Below are positions 62,676-64,000 of a DNA stretch of 64,000 bases, piece by piece (position 1 is the first letter of the stretch; each line of letters opens with the position of its first letter). A model generated the notes under the pieces. That model did not search any database, had not been told where the DNA came from, and was given only the letters and a program-made list of their open reading frames with translations. The DNA is from Tubulanus polymorphus (lineage: Eukaryota > Animalia > Nemertea), in assembly GCF_964204645.1 (NCBI RefSeq), contig NC_134025.1, positions 4,712,001-4,776,000 of the forward strand, written 5' to 3'. Both the position numbers and the translations under genes were made by a program.

Positions 62676-64000
62676 ATGGCTACGATAAGTGAAAACGATT
62701 GGGTTATTGTAAAGAAAGACGATAATCTGAAAGTTTTGAAGATACGCTCAGAGCGGTAAGATCCGAACCACTTTTTCAGCGTACTATTTTCCCTTCCCGG
62801 CGGCGTGCGTCGTAGGCCTACCTCCGCTCCATTTCATGCGTGCTAGATTATGATATATTTCTGTTTATTTGTGATACATGCATGTTGAAGTGGTTCTTTA
62901 ATGAAATCTTTGCAGGCCGGTATGGATGGAGAAAATGAAATTTGTATTTGATGGTGCTGTCGGTCATTCATATGGTACAAAATTTGAAGTTGGTAATGGT
63001 GCATTGGTGAAATTTGTTCAACCTAACGATACACCTGAAAGTTGCCTTACAGATATGGAAGAAAGGAAAGGTAGGCTACAATTTACCAGTAAGCCTTGTC
63101 AGTTTGTGTTCCACAAGTTCCACAATTAGATATTAATCAAGCCAACGTTTAATCCCATCCAATCATAAAATCACAGCATATCCAAAGATAAGATCGCTTA
63201 CTGATTTATCAAATAGTTGACAACTCTCTTTAGTAGAGTGAATCAACAGATACAGTGAGAACATTACATTTCAAACAATTATCATTCCGTCATCATTACA
63301 ACTGTAACTCCTGGATTATCATGACAAATTCCATCTAACTGAATTCATAAGAAATTGTCTCATTCCTTAGTTGCTGACAACCGGAATCTGCACGATTGTG
63401 ACACAAATCAGAAACTTTCGAAGGAAGATATTGAAGCTATGCGAGCTGAAGGACTTCATGGAGAGGTAACATGTATTCAGTCGATGCTGCGCTGATGAAT
63501 TAGGCAAACCTAAATTCTATGTAGGATGATGTTTGATTTACATTTTTCTATTTTAAATTATGTACAGGCAATCATTGGGAAACTGATTCAAAATAGTGAA
63601 ACATTTGATAAGAAAACTGAATTTTCTAAAGAAAAATATATCAAGAAGAAGAAAAAGAAGTTTGTGAAATTTTTTACAATCTTTTTTGTGTTTTTGTGTT
63701 AGATGAGTTCTTGTCTGATGATTGCATTCCGTTTCAGGTTCACCAAGATAATAACCATTCTGAAGCCAACTTTAAGATTGTTGTGTGAGATGCATTTCAA
63801 TAAAAACAAGACAAAGATATGGTCAGTTTAGTACGGCATTGCTGTTGTTTAATTGGCTCGCTTCATAGCATATTGAATTACTTAACAGTTAAACTTAATT
63901 CTAAATTTCAGTGGCATGCGAATCGATTCACTCGGCCAGATATTATCCCATGCAAATGTAAGAGCTGGGTCGAATGTAATTGTCGTAGAATCATGTGGTG
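62676..64000 (+). CDS. TRMT6: tRNA (adenine-58 N1)-methyltransferase non-catalytic subunit TRM6/Gcd10, 3' end outside window. Exons 62676-62755, 62916-63070, 63371-63465, 63568-63659, 63738-63821, 63912->64000
   Basis: Spliced translation has GHSYGTKFEV, DNRNL..D..NQKLSKEDIEAMR..G..GE, LIQNSETFDKKTEFSKEKYIKKKKKK and MRIDSLGQIL..ANVRAG, matching TRM6 conserved blocks. Confidence 0.92.

Overview
Eukaryotic (animal) genomic DNA: AT-rich, with short GT-AG introns. The gene set points to a compact-genomed marine invertebrate, probably a spiralian (inference). Eleven protein-coding genes were reconstructed by hand: DCAF5 (5' partial), a GT7/B4GALT-family glycosyltransferase, an orphan class A GPCR, a Tctex1-domain dynein light chain, ELOVL6, cytidine deaminase, a CCHamide/excitatory-peptide/bombesin-type receptor behind a ~25 kb non-coding block, a giant single-exon TRIM protein, a small single-MAM-domain protein, an FMRFamide/peptide-receptor-like GPCR, and TRMT6 (3' partial). 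The most unusual object is the 2294-aa TRIM. Its RING/B-box/coiled-coil module is followed by a ~1900-aa low-complexity tail with dozens of LC8 (DYNLL) TQT-like motifs and ~38 tandem 13-aa Cys-rich repeats built on the same motif register, suggesting a highly multivalent scaffold E3 ligase. Non-coding highlights are two minimal type I hammerhead ribozymes of the Penelope/retrozyme type and several 17-38 bp CA..TG inserts between 7-bp duplications that resemble P-superfamily transposon excision footprints. All homology calls come from motif recognition by eye; no searches were run.
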